Below the pieces are notes generated by a model, which worked only from the letters and a program-made list of their open reading frames with translations, did not search any database and was not told where the DNA came from. From the NCBI GenBank assembly GCA_040954595.2, contig CM082579.2, positions 14,732,550-14,796,549 on the forward strand: a stretch of DNA of 64,000 bases. Reading direction: 5' to 3'. The translations under genes were made by a program, and so were the position numbers. Position 1 is the stretch's first letter. Each line of letters begins with the position of its first letter. The DNA comes from Balanoglossus misakiensis. Taxonomy: Eukaryota; Animalia; Hemichordata. Of the stretch, positions 1 through 12,007 are shown piece by piece.

Positions 1-2117
1 TGTGTAGTAAAGATACGACTAATCAGCCTATAGTGTAACCGTAGACCCTGGAGAAATACCAGAGCACAGCACAATGCAGCAAATGGAGTGAAACAAGAAC
101 AAAGCTTAGTCTCTGCCGCAAACAAAGCTAAATCACATATTGACACTCCAAATAGAAGCAAGACAGCCGGGGGGGGGGGGGAGGAGGCACAGTTGTAGAT
201 CGCGGTGTTGACCCGCCCCTTCCACATCCTGTAGATGTTTGTGCGTCCAAGGCATTTTTGATAAAATATAGACTTTTGTTTTTAGCTCGAGTGTGGCCTA
301 AGTATATCACCGTTCACACGAAAAATGTCTGTCTTTTTCAAAACGTTGTATTATACTTCTGTGTAATTTGAACTCTAATACAAGTGACAGTATTAGAGGA
401 CAGATTTGGCACAGACAAAATTCGTATTAACAAACCACAGAGAAAACGTCAAAATGGAGCGATTTATAAAATGATCAATTCCACGAGTTTGCAAATTAAA
501 GTTAAAGAGATACAGTTTCATTGGGTGGATCACTATCCTAGAGCGGTCTGGAAGCATGGGTGGATTTTTACCTGGTGTTTGTTTACCTGGTAAAAATAGG
601 CTATTGTTCTCCCCTGCTTTTCATAGCGGATTTTTTAACACGTCTCCTCGAGATCAAACATTAATGAGCGATTAAAAGCGCTTCGTATACTTTTTGTGGG
701 TCGAGTTGTGTTTTTCGTTTTATTTGGTCATTAATTCGATCAGAATGGATTGTTTATTGTTGTATTGTTAAAAGCTTGGATTTTATGTTTCAGTTGTGCA
801 GAGTGCTTAAGTATGCTCGACTTGCGTGGCAATTCTGCATATTTGGAGCATTCTTTGGAATTTAATTGATTTGGACATGAGTTTGTTGTTTGGTTGGTCA
901 TGGAACAACACGTGACATTGTCTGCATGACATTCTTTAGGGTGTTCCAATTCTGTAAATGACATGAGGTGGTTACATCGGACCATATATGGCTGAGATGA
1001 GAACATATGGCGGCGCTCTTTTTTCGCGTGTGCCACCCACTAAAAATCTGTGATTGGCTACATCTCAATTTGCCATGGTAACTATAGCTAATTTTCCATA
1101 GGTGACCGTATACCTTTAATTGCCTGTTGGTACTAAACAGCACTCTCCCCGAGTCTAGTGAAACATCATTTTGGGGGATCTGGATTTCGTGTTCATTATT
1201 GCGTGACTGATACGGCGGGTATCGATTGGAATAGGCCCTATCGTTAAAATAGAAGTTCATTCTTGTCGGGCGACCCAGGAAGGCATAAGCTTGACGTGCC
1301 TAAAGTTTGTCGGACATTGTTCGACCATCACGGCTGCAAATTGGTTTAAGTTCGACCCTGGGCCCGGTGTAGCCTGCTCCAATAGAAATGGAGAAATTAA
1401 GTATAAGGCAACAACCCGAATGTGCCACTTTTTCACTCACAGCATCCCTCTAAAACCACAGTAAGTGATAAAACAAAAGGTTAGGTCGACTTTTCATGTC
1501 CTTATGCGCATGAAAAGAAAAGAATGAGACAGGGTCAATGAAGTCTAGTATCGTGTCTTCGTGCACACGAAGACGCCCGAGCCGTTCATCATCATGGTAT
1601 TCCTCGTGGAATCTCTTGGCAAGTGCATGGCGTGTACCGAGTCAGAACATGTAAATACTGACTTCTGCTATAGACGTACCAGGTGCTTCGACGAGTTGGC
1701 CTTCGGCATTGTGGTTTTTTGGCTTTTCTAGTGAAGCCGAAGGCCAAAACCAAGGACCGTGACTAAACTGAAAAGCCCCCACCCCCCCCCCCCCCCATCT
1801 CCCCCCCCCGCCCTCACCAGTTTTTGTAGTAGATATGTTCTTCATGCCTACCCCAATTCTACCGCTGGCTGCGCTGTCACAGTGACCTCAAGCCAGGTCA
1901 AATTTGAGCTAAAAGACAAGTTCCGTCTACATACTCATGAATATTTCTTGGTTTCTTCGCGTATAAACTCAGGAATACTATGCCCCTGAAGCCTCGGCTG
2001 GTTTTGATGCACGTTATCATGTTTTAATTAGTCAAAGACCCACAGTAGCAAAGTAGGTAATTGTCTTTTTTTCACGCGTATCCTTTGGTCATATATTCTG
2101 CCTGCAGCCCCCAGCCC

Positions 2118-2433
2118 TTGCTGCAGTTTGAAGCCCCTCCATCTCCCCTGAACGAGTTTTGGTTTTGCCGATTGAAGTTGAATAACTGGGGAAAACGTAG
2201 GCAAAATCGACAAATACCGCGACATCCTTTGCCAGGTAAGCGCTGTATGGGTTCCGGGACCGATTTGGCGAAAAAAGTGTGGAAAATTGTGGACTGGAGA
2301 CGTCTGGAGTGTAGAAATTCGCTCCGGGCCCAAATCCCGGTCGCTCGTTGTGCGGTTTAGAATAGCTGGGACCTGCAGCCCCGCAAAAACAAAAATCGTC
2401 CAGGGGAGATGGAGGGGCTGCAAACTGCAGCAA
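2118..2433. mobile_element. MITE with ~50-bp TIRs and apparent 10-bp TSD (Mutator-like)
   Basis: TTGCTGCAGTTTG(A/C)AGCCCCTCCATCTCCCCTG inverted at both ends; CCCCCAGCCC directly repeated at 2108-2117 and 2434-2443. Confidence 0.65.
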
Positions 2434-3167
2434 CCCCCAGCCCCACATTCGCTGATATAATTGTCACGTTCCTCGATAGTTATTATAATTTTTAGTTAGA
2501 GACGGCCTTGTAGACTCGGAATTGTAGACTAGCGACGGCTCAGCTGGCATATCGTACCACTTTTTCTGTTACATTGCCGACCGGCCCGGCGCAACTACCG
2601 AGGAAAGATACGGGTGTGCTCGTGGGAATTGTCAACTACCCGTTCATCGTTCGACTGCTCAACACAGATCATTGATAACACAATGTCACATTTCGAACTA
2701 ATTTTGAAATTCTGGATAAATTCTCCAAATATCCTGTTAATCTGGGATTTTCTTCCATCACCTTGATGCAACTGTATCAGAATTTGTCTTTTAAGTTTAT
2801 TCACACCAAAAAAAAACAACAACAGCCATTTCCTGGAAATTGTCATGTTTTCTCTAAAAGAAATAAGCTGAACTTTTTTATTCAAAGGAAACGTTCAGCA
2901 AATTTTTTTCTCCCCAAAATTCAGGTGAATTTTTCACAGATTCTTTTTTCCCAGAAATTCTGCCGAAATCTACACTAATCACACACTTATTGGAAAGGTG
3001 TAACACAAAATATAGACTTTACAAACAAAAATCTAATGTTATACATTTATGAACCTCTTATTCACCAATATTAAATGTTTTCAAAGAGGAAATGTATTAT
3101 TCACGGACTGGAATTTCGAAATTAGTTTGGAACATGTTTGATGTGTTATAAATTGGTTTATTTTCAG

Positions 3168-3286
3168 ATTTTATGGTGGGCACTTGACAGTAATTGAGGG
3201 TTATTCTGAAAATCGTTATGCTGGAGCAGAGATTGTAAACCAGATTGAAGAGACTTCCAATGAAACAGCGAACCATGGTTGGATTG
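3168..3286 (+). CDS. exon: C-type lectin domain (middle part)
   Basis: ttttcag|...|gtgagt; FYGGHLTVIEGYSENRYAGAEIVNQIEETSNETANHGWIG contains the WIG motif. Confidence 0.8.
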
Positions 3287-3731
3287 GTGAGTGTGTCTTT
3301 TAACAGTGTTTGTCAGTGTTCCCAAATAATTTGTGGGTGTATCAAGTGTAAAAAATAACTGGTTTTGGAATTTGACAGTTTACAAGTAAGCACTGCATAG
3401 TAACACTTGAATGATAATTGTCTCAAGATGGTAATTGAAAAGCCTATTTTTTACATCTCAATAACCTCACAAAATCTTGCTATTAAGTGACTCTGTATGC
3501 AGTTTTTCATCCAGATGGAGGGATGAGGGAATTCGCCCACTGTCAGCATGTTGGCACCCCCCTAGAAATTTGTCAAGGGGGAAATGGTGCCCCTTACAGA
3601 CTCAGCGATGTCACTCATTCCCCTCCTTGCAAGAGTGCAACTATTCAAGCAAAGGGGGACATATCCCCCCCCCCCCCATCCTGGATGAAACACTGCTGTA
3701 TGCATCTTCTTTCTTTATTTCCATTTTATAG

Positions 3732-3947
3732 GATTTAGTGGACCCAATCGAGATGGCAGTGTGGAATATGATTATTCAGATGGCAGGAAAGGTAGTGTCT
3801 TTGATGGTCGATGGGCAGACACAGAACCTGATGCCTCCACTGGGCAATGTGTGAGGTTAAACCTCTTTGAAAATAATTACCCATTGTATCATGCAAGATG
3901 TGATGATGTCAGTCTGTCAATGTGTGAAGTAGCAGCTTGTGCTGAGG
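3732..3947 (+). CDS. exon: C-type lectin domain (C-terminal part)
   Basis: tatag|...|gtaagt; FSGPNRDGSVEYDYSDGRKGSVFDGRWADTEPDASTGQCVRLNLFENNYPLYHARCDDVSLSMCEVAACAE; phase matches the previous exon. Confidence 0.85.
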
Positions 3948-4059
3948 GTAAGTCTGATTCAAATCAGCTAGAATCTTCCCTTACTCGCATCAGGTCTTTA
4001 CTTTTCTCGCACTGCTGTAGTCACCTCCCAATATATATACTAAGAGAGAGTGTGTGCAA

Positions 4060-4342
4060 AAGAGCGGGAGGGAGAGGCTGGGAGGGGAGAGTGAGAGGGG
4101 AGGGAGAGAGAGCTGGAGAGTGACAGGGAGGGAGGGAGGGAGGGTGGTAGTGAGGGAGAGGGGGAGAGAGAACTAGAGGGAGAGGGAGGGGTAGAGGGGG
4201 GTAGGGAGGGAGAGAGAGCTAGAGAGGGGTGGGAGGGAGGGAGAGGGGCGGGAGAGGGGAGGGAGAGGGGCGGGAGAGGGGAGGGAGAGAGCTAGAGAGG
4301 GAGGGGGAGGGGGTGGAAGGGAGGGAAGGAGAGAGAGTTAGA
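4060..4342 (+). repeat. GA-rich polypurine low-complexity tract
   Basis: About 280 bp of gggag/gagag runs. Confidence 0.85.
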
Positions 4343-4546
4343 GTCCCCTAAGCAATACAAGATATACTTGGAAGAGCTCACCACTAAAAGTTAAACAAGG
4401 GGGATCAGATCATGTGATGTCTCCTTGGGTGCAGAATGGTGTTATATTTGAAATTCAAAATTGAGGCCAGTTGTCGCTAGATAATTCCACTCATTAATTG
4501 TATGGTTATGTTTACTTAACAATTTCTTTTACACTATTTATGTAAT

Positions 4547-6012
4547 AGAGAACCACCGACCCCGAGGTGGTTCTTGGTTTCTAATTGCCGAGGGCCGCAA
4601 GCCCGAGGCGATTGGAAACCAAGAACCACTGAGGGGGAGGTGGTTCTCTGACTTAAACCACGACCCCCCACAGACATTGTCACCATTGGAGCTTCGTGTA
4701 CCACAAAGACGTCGTTTTACTCAACGATTCAATAAAATGAACGAACAAAAGCTTATCAAAAGAGGCTTATTCTTCATTGCTGACTGTGAAATTTGGTTGG
4801 CCACCCCTTTTCCTATAAATGAATCATGTCGTGGGCAGGTAGTTCTAGACCGCCCTGCTGGGCCTTACAAGATCGCCCACGCTTGACAGGTGTTACTCTA
4901 AATGTTCATGCTTACGTGTCAGAGTGATATGCTAATTTCAAACACTAATTTGCATCAAATTAAACTTTACAGGTGTGTTACGTAGTGTATTATGGGAAGC
5001 GTTACAGCTATTGGGGTTTTGCGTGCACATGGTAAGCTTACGCGAAAATTTTCTAGGCCAAATGCAGAAGGCCTACATGTAAGTGTCACGTTTTTTTTTA
5101 TTTTCCTTCAAATGTCCATGAAATCGATCTGAAGATACATGTAGTTCCGATCTATATCATCTGCGAAAACAAGCGGCTACATGTTGGTAAAGCAAAAACC
5201 GGGTAACAATACTCTACATGGTACTACTGCCCGTCTGTGTATTGGCCTCCCTGGCTTTTGAACGAACCACTCTCTACGAGCCACAGCGGCAACACGTCTG
5301 TATGGTAGCGATATTGGTGAGTAACTCATCTGCGAAAAGACTTGATACCGAAGTGAATCCGTCCGACATTACAAACCCACGTCTGGTGAACAGCAACAAA
5401 AAGTAAGCAGAATTTTGCAAGGTACGCGGGTTTTAGGCCTAAAACAGCCAACCTTGTTACATGTCGGTAGTGAAGCAAAATCGAAGTGAAGCATCTGGTT
5501 AGAGTAATACAAGCAAATCTGGGGATAATGTGATTTAGTATAATTTTCTAGAAATTTGTAGTTAATTTATTGCAACGTTAGTTTGTTTCTGGTGAATTGA
5601 TTTTTGTCTATTTTATACTTTTATTATCATGTTATGAAGACTCTCGAGAGCCACCAAGACATTAGCTTTGTACGTCAGTAGACAAACTGTGAATGTGAAG
5701 CATTGAATGAAATGATCCGGAGACTGTCGCATATCCAGTTCGCTTTCAATTAACATAACAATTACTCTATTCAAATGAAATGTACTTTGAATACAGGTAT
5801 AGAAGTAAATGTAATGATGCAAATAAAGCATTGTGTATTTGTATTTTTGTTACGACAGGTGAGACTGAGTTCTGCGGTAGTTCTAGAACCCCCGGAGGTA
5901 GTTCTAGAACTACCCGGGACTTGGTTTTAAACCTGTGGTTTTGTGTGAGACGGAGGTTCTCTCAGTGAATGACTTGTCTATTGAATAGTGTGACGTCACG
6001 ATCGTGGTTTAA
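4547..6012. mobile_element. non-autonomous element with subterminal long hairpin (Crypton-like, tentative)
   Basis: Hairpin 4547-4649; TTAAACCACGA near 4653 and TCGTGGTTTAA near 6002 are inverted; hairpin-related GGTAGTTCTAGA and GAGGTTCTCT motifs recur near the right end. Confidence 0.45.
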
Positions 6013-6088
6013 TTGTATGATCATCTCCTTTGCAACTAAAGACTACTTTTGAACTGTCAGCAGAAAGTCTGATCCTCAAAGAATTTTG

Positions 6089-6283
6089 TACTGTAAACAG
6101 GAAATTTTCGCGAGCGATACATTTTTGCGAACTATGCGAGAGCCAAAAAAACGCGAAAATAAACAAGTTGTGTAAAAATGTTTTTCGAAGATAGCAATGC
6201 CGTGAAATATGAGAATGCGAAAATCAATCATCGCATAACAGTTGCCACTTTTGATATCATGAAAAATTTCCTGTTTTACAGTA
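6089..6283. mobile_element. ~200-bp MITE, TACTGTAAA...TTTACAGTA family (TA TSD, Tc1/mariner-type)
   Basis: TIRs with AAATTTTCGCG subterminal motif; related copies near 10546-10754, 10797-10996, 11226-11435, 14051-14247 and 37089-37292. Confidence 0.7.
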
Positions 6284-6594
6284 TGTCATAAATATAAATC
6301 AGAAACAAAACTGGGCCAAGTATTTTAAGAATCTGGCATCTGTCACACTGATAGTTTGAGCTTAGAGAATCATAATATGCGGTTCTTGGAATTTTCGGGT
6401 GTGATAAATGTCGTTTCAAAATTTTTACATTTGATTTATACTAATACAAACATTGTTTTATACATGTACATTGGATACTCACTGTTGGTGAAGTAATTTT
6501 ATCATCAATGAAATTTCGTCAACTTGATGAGCTGAATCTTTATGACCATTCATCACACAAACATACTCTTTCTTTTTATTTTAATGATATTCAG

Positions 6595-6728
6595 GAACAT
6601 GTGGTGGTTTGGAAACTGGTGAATCGGGGACCTTTCACAGCACTGGATACCCAGATGATAATTATTACATTCTACAAGAATGTATTTGGACAATCCAGGG
6701 ACCTGCAACATCCAGAATAAGTGCTCAC
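6595..6728 (+). CDS. exon: CUB domain 1, first half (donor site lost)
   Basis: ttcag|; TCGGLETGESGTFHSTGYPDDNYYILQECIWTIQGPATSRISAH then L-stop; 3' boundary uncertain. Confidence 0.75.
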
Positions 6729-7024
6729 TTGTAAACTGTCAAATTCCAAAACCAGTTATTTTTTACAGTAAAACTTGCATAAACCACTAACTCTGTCTAA
6801 TCTGGAAACCTGCCTATACAAAACACCTTTTCCCGTCCATTCGACATACAAACACTTTAAAAAAAAAACAGACACATGTATTAGATTTAAATTCATTTCA
6901 ACTAAAAAAAAAATAATTTGATTTTTTTCTTCCTTATAACAAACATGATTTTTGGTAAACTTTTGAATTAAAGGGCCATTATCTATAACTTCAGGCTAGT
7001 TTATCAGTAATTTTGTTTTGTGTT

Positions 7025-7685
7025 TATTACACCTCACGTATTATACCGTTTTCGTGATTGGCTGAGACGCGCTCACGTGATATAGAAAAAAAAGTGATAT
7101 AACATGGCTAGAGTTGATAAAGCCCTGTCGCGTGCGCTGATATTGCCCGCTTGGTTGTTTTGGTGTTCTGGGCACGACTTCTGCGCGTTCCAAACTGTCG
7201 TTCAATGGCTTCCTTCACGATCAGTCAACTCCCGCATCTATATGGCTTCAAAGCGACACACAGGCTTAACACCTGTTCTACTGGATGATATTTTACTGCA
7301 AACGGGCAGTAAATACACCAAAATCGCAACCAACAGCGCAGTATTTTCAAAATAATCTAAGTTCGAAGTAGGTATCGTATAATTCTTGGGAGATCGAGAC
7401 ATTTTACATTCTCAGCAACGTACGACATATGGACGCGAGTCTACATGCTACATGCTGCAGTGTATGTACATTCAAATGTTCGGCGTAATAAAATTAATAA
7501 CACATTATGCTCGGGCAACATCACGATTTGAAGCCTGCCCTCGGGCTGGTGATCTCTGACCAAAATATTGATGATACCCTCGCATGCGGCTCGGGCATCA
7601 TCAATATTATGGTCAGAGATCACCATCCCTCATGCAGGCTTCAAATCGTGATATTGCCCTCGCTATCATGTGTTATTATTTAAAT
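7025..7685. mobile_element. non-autonomous element with GATTGG head and 180-bp terminal hairpin (Crypton-like, tentative)
   Basis: Imperfect palindrome 7496-7677; GTGATTGGCTGA motif near the left end; partial hairpin-arm copy GATATTGCCC near 7139. Confidence 0.5.
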
Positions 7686-8044
7686 TAAACACTTTTTCTT
7701 GTTCCTCTCCTCATGAGTAACCCATCACACCCAGCTCTCTGCTTGTCAACGAGTCATGTGTATGTGTACTGACTGTTGTTATTATTTACGAATGTTTTCA
7801 AACAACAACAATGCCGATTGTGCCCTCATAGGTTTCGTTGAGAAGTTAAGACTATGGATTTAACTCTGCCCTGCGTAGCTGAACAAGAAACTATAATTGA
7901 TACACAGAAAAGAAATACTGAAAAATGCAAAAAGTTACAGCTAATGGGGCTTAAGTCATGAAACCGTGTTTATTTTCATGTATATTGGCTTGAGACAGCT
8001 CACTATTTATGATGTGTGTTGTGACATTTTTTTATTCTTTTCAG

Positions 8045-8246
8045 TTTCTACATTTTGACACTGAACTTTATTATGATACTGTTGTCATTGTCGAGGTGTC
8101 TGTGTTTGACCCATCCAAAGTTCTTGCCACATACAGTGGACCGGACCAGCCTGATGAAGTTATTAGCAGTGGTAATGCAATGTTGGTGAAATTTCTCTCA
8201 GATAGTTCGCATACTGCTACTGGCTTTGAAGCATCTTGGCAAGCAG
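8045..8246 (+). CDS. exon: CUB domain 1, second half
   Basis: tttcag|...|gtaata; FLHFDTELYYDTVVIVEV...SSGNAMLVKFLSDSSHTATGFEASWQA. Confidence 0.88.
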
Positions 8247-8539
8247 GTAATACCAAGTTTTATACATAATGTAAAACTGGAAATTTTCGCAAACGATAAA
8301 TTTTCGCGAACTACACATAAACTTTGCATGTGTGGACACAAGGCAACTAAAAGCATTAATGCTCTGTGTTTACCTTAGGCAAATAGTGTCTCTGAAACGT
8401 TTCGAATTTTACCCTACGTGAACCTGGTATAACATTATAGATTGCACATGTAGGCAATATTTGCCCTACCTCGACTGTGATCTTGCTGATGTCCTGTTTG
8501 TGAAGTGTTTCTGTTAAGATGACTTCTTCTTTCTTTCAG

Positions 8540-8691
8540 TGTATTCTTTGTGTGGTGGGAATTTCATAGCACAGTCATATAAACAGAATCTCAGCAGTAC
8601 AGAATATTTTGAAGGCAAGAATTATCTCAACAATGAAGATTGTAACTGACAGCTGGCATCATTCACAACAGAATTTGTTGTCACTTTACAG
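8540..8691 (+). CDS. exon: CUB domain 2, first half, with in-frame TGA
   Basis: tttcag|...|gtagtg; YSLCGGNFIAQSYKQNLSSTEYFEGKNYLNNEDCN*QLASFTTEFVVTLQ. Confidence 0.75.
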
Positions 8692-9437
8692 GTAGTGGAT
8701 TCAGATGCAATTAATCGTGTGAGTTGTTTTACAGCATGACAAAAATTAGTAATTATATTTTTAAAAATACATTTTATTTTTGTCATTTCTGGTCAATTCT
8801 CAGTAGTCACTTTTCCGATTTCTTAAAATTTGGTTTACAAGGACCTACAATATTTGTTATTATGGTTTACATAAACATGTGACAAATATCAATACTGGGG
8901 AGGAGGGGGGTGGGTAGTTTTAGACATTTTTGGTCCAAAAGTCCACTTATGTCAGAAACGGATGTTTTGGATTTTGGTTTATTGGGATGTGAAAATATTC
9001 TTTATCAGATGTATTCTTATATTACCTCATCAATGCTAAAGGTGTCCTTATATTGTCCCTTTAAATCACTTAAAATCATTCCCAAAGAATTTCAACCCAG
9101 TAAGAATTGTAAGGATCACAGATCTATCTTCTTTTGCCATTCTTTCTGGAAGTTTATAATATAAGCTAATCTGATACTGGGTCATTATGGAACTTTTTAA
9201 CAGAAAAAATAACAAAATGTGAAAAAAGTTAAATGAGTTTAATTTGATAACTACATGTATAACGACAGAAAGGTTTGACCTAAGGAAGTCATATACAGTT
9301 AACAGTCATTTCTTCTGTCGCGTACGACTTTTTATCCAGAAGGCAATTATTATGTGATTTGATCCCCTAGCACAAAATAAAAGGCAGCCAGGATTACACC
9401 AAACCTGTGGATTGAATTCATTATTCCTTGTTTGGTA

Positions 9438-10187
9438 TTTTTAGCTTGGCTGTCACTTGTGTCAGCCAAGCTGTAGCAGTAGGTTGATAAGTGTCCGTCT
9501 GTCGTCCGGCGTCCGTTGTCCGTCGTCCGTCAACTTTCGGTATTTCAATCTTCTTCGTTAAAACGACATTGCATATTTAGCTATAATTTGGTAGGAATGT
9601 GTGTTATGGTGCCCCTACCTGATTTTGTAAATTTGGATTTGATGGGGTCATAAATATGCAAATTAGATCTAAAAATAGAATGTTGGTCAAACATTTTCTT
9701 CTCCCTAACTACATGTACGATGGAGCTGAAATTTGGCAGGAATGTGTGTTATGGTGCCCCTACCTGATTTCATAAATTTGGATATGATCGGGTCATGAAT
9801 ATGCAAATTAGATCTAAAAATATAATTTTTGGTAAAAAATCTTCTTCTCCCTAACTACATGTACGATGGAGCTGAAATTTGGTAGAATGTGTGTTATGGT
9901 GCCCCTACCTGATTTTGTTTTATTGGAATTTTGATCGGGTCATGAATATGCAAATTAGTACCTTGGTACTTCCTTTTGATGTTGTTCTTTAGGAATAAAT
10001 TCTTTCTTTCTTTAGCACAATGAATCAGGCTGAATGTGGATATTAAATACTTGTGATGTCTATGTTTGGTTTTGTTTAATAGAATACAATTGTTATGATT
10101 AAAACCTAGGGTATTCATATCATTGCCCAGCTATAGGTTTCACTGTTAAAGTCAGCAGAGCTCTTTTGACCGATAGGTCACTTGTTT
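9438..10187 (+). mobile_element. DINE-1/Helentron-like non-autonomous element with internal ~145-bp tandem repeats
   Basis: T-run, short hairpin AGCTTGGCTG...CAGCCAAGCT, (GTCC/GTC)n microsatellite, three copies of TATGGTGCCCCTACCTGATTT at about 9605, 9750 and 9895, end TGACCGATAGGTCACTTGTTT. Confidence 0.65.
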
Positions 10188-10195
10188 CTTTAAAG

Positions 10196-10380
10196 GTTGC
10201 CAGGGAATTGAAATTCTGCGTAGTTTTGGCACGATTCAGTCACCAGGGTATGATGTTAGCACTTACCCTGATGATGTTATGTGTAGCTGGTTAATCAAGG
10301 AACCAACTGGAAGACCATTAACTCTTATCTTTGATGAGAACTTTGGATTAGAGAGGAACACAGATGTTGATTACATCATT
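10196..10380 (+). CDS. exon: CUB domain 3, first half
   Basis: taaag|...|gtgagt; CQGIEILRSFGTIQSPGYDVSTYPDDVMCSWLIKEPTGRPLTLIFDENFGLERNTDVDYII. Confidence 0.88.
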
Positions 10381-10545
10381 GTGAGTATCAGATATGATCA
10401 TGAGTCAGCCATGTTAAAAATATTTGTCACATTAAAAAAATTGTCATATTATTTTGCAGTGATTTTAGTTTGACAATTTTGGCAGACATTACTTCAAACT
10501 ATACAACTTTGGAACACAATTTGGAAATTTAATTAATCACATATA

Positions 10546-10754
10546 TACTGTAAAACGGGATACTTTTGCAACATGAAATTTTCGCGTTATCAAAAGAGGC
10601 AAGTGTTATGCAACAATAACTTTTCACGTTCTTGTATTTCACTGCATCATTATCCCCGAAAAACATTTTTACGCAACTTTTTATTTTCATGTTTTGATGG
10701 CTCTCACGTAGATCGCGAAAATTTATTGTTTGCGAACATTTCCCATTTTACAGT
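10546..10754. mobile_element. TACTGTAAAA MITE copy
   Basis: TACTGTAAAACGGGA...TCCCATTTTACAGTA. Confidence 0.7.
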
Positions 10755-11033
10755 ATGTTGAGTAGCTGTTACAGCAGGAAATGCAACAAGGATTGAATAC
10801 TATAAAATTTTCGTGAATGATAAATTTTCGTAAACTATGTGAGAGCCAAAAAATATGAAAATAAAAAGTCGCTTAAAATGCTTCAGAGATAACAATGCAG
10901 TAAAATATGGCAATGTGAAAATTAATTGTCGCGTAACAGTAGCCACCTTTGATATCGCGAAAATTTCCTGTTGTGAAGATTTCCCGTTTTACGGTATTTA
11001 CAATGCATGCTTAATTTGTCTTTGTTTCTGAAG

Positions 11034-11217
11034 GTATACAATGGTACTGAGAGTGATGATGATGTCATTATTGGTCCATGGAGTGGCAATTCTGATGGAG
11101 TCATTGATGGCACAGTGCCACCACCCGATTGCCGTACAGACATTGGACACTTTTCGGTTGTGTTCAGGAGTAGTAGAACACGACCAGCTAAAGGATTCAG
11201 GGCTTCATTTTCACCAG
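11034..11217 (+). CDS. exon: CUB domain 3, second half
   Basis: gaag|...|gtacac; VYNGTESDDDVIIGPWSG...FSVVFRSSRTRPAKGFRASFSP; phase 0 matches the previous exon. Confidence 0.85.
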
Positions 11218-11225
11218 GTACACAT

Positions 11226-11435
11226 ACTGTAAAACACTTTATTTTCACGAGTTGAAATTTTTCGCGACATCGAGAGAGGCCACTGTTTCGCCAGTATTAA
11301 TTTTCGCGTTCTCTTATTTCATTCATTGCATCTTTATCTTCAAAAAAATTACGCAACTTTTTATTTTCACGCTATTTTGGCTCTCGCGTATTTCGCGAAA
11401 ATCTCTTGCTCGCGAAAATAAAGTGTTTTACAGTA
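11226..11435. mobile_element. TACTGTAAAA MITE copy
   Basis: TACTGTAAAACACTTTATTTTC...GAAAATAAAGTGTTTTACAGTA; near-identical copy in opposite orientation at 37089-37292. Confidence 0.75.
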
Positions 11436-11953
11436 ACTTACTAACATTTCAGAAAAAGTTGTTACAGAATTCTTAGAAACACACTCTCCCTTTATTCCTT
11501 GTGATTTAGAGTCATTAATTGAAAGGTGCAAATGTTTTTGAATTTTTACGAAACTTCAAAGAGCTGGAAAAACAGAGACAGTAATTTCTTACAATTGCAA
11601 TGCAATTTTGGACCATTGACAGGAATGGCAACACTCTTGTATCACACTCAATAAAGTGATGGGGTCGTCGCACTGCGTTTGTTTGTTTATAAACATTGCA
11701 ATTCATCCACAAATCCCTGAAATTAGACAGCCACGACCTACTAGGATCTTCAGTTGCTGTCATGGACAGTCTAGGATACTGTCAGCTGCTTCGTTCATTC
11801 TAAGAATTATCTTATTTGAGGGATTTGTGGATGAATTGTAATGTTTATAAACAAACGCATTGCGACGACCCCTTCACTTTAAAACAACTGACATTTATGA
11901 GTTTAAGTATTTGTCTGCATGCATTCTTATCATTGTGATCCTTGTTCTGACAG

Positions 11954-12007
11954 ACTGTCCCGAAATTGTGATTAGTGAGGGCGTGGTGACCAGTACAGAG
12001 ATAGAAG
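11954..12007 (+). CDS. small exon: start of a Sushi/CCP domain
   Basis: gacag|...|gtatga; DCPEIVISEGVVTSTEIE, phase 1-1. Confidence 0.65.

Noticed and set aside
516-950. Possible 5' exons or signal peptide of the uif-like gene
   Set aside because: Splice-like signals exist, but all frames of the 793-950 segment contain stops and no lectin N-terminal motif is visible.
8647-8649. Selenocysteine or recoded TGA
   Set aside because: The position corresponds to a conserved Trp rather than Cys, and the gene has other lesions.
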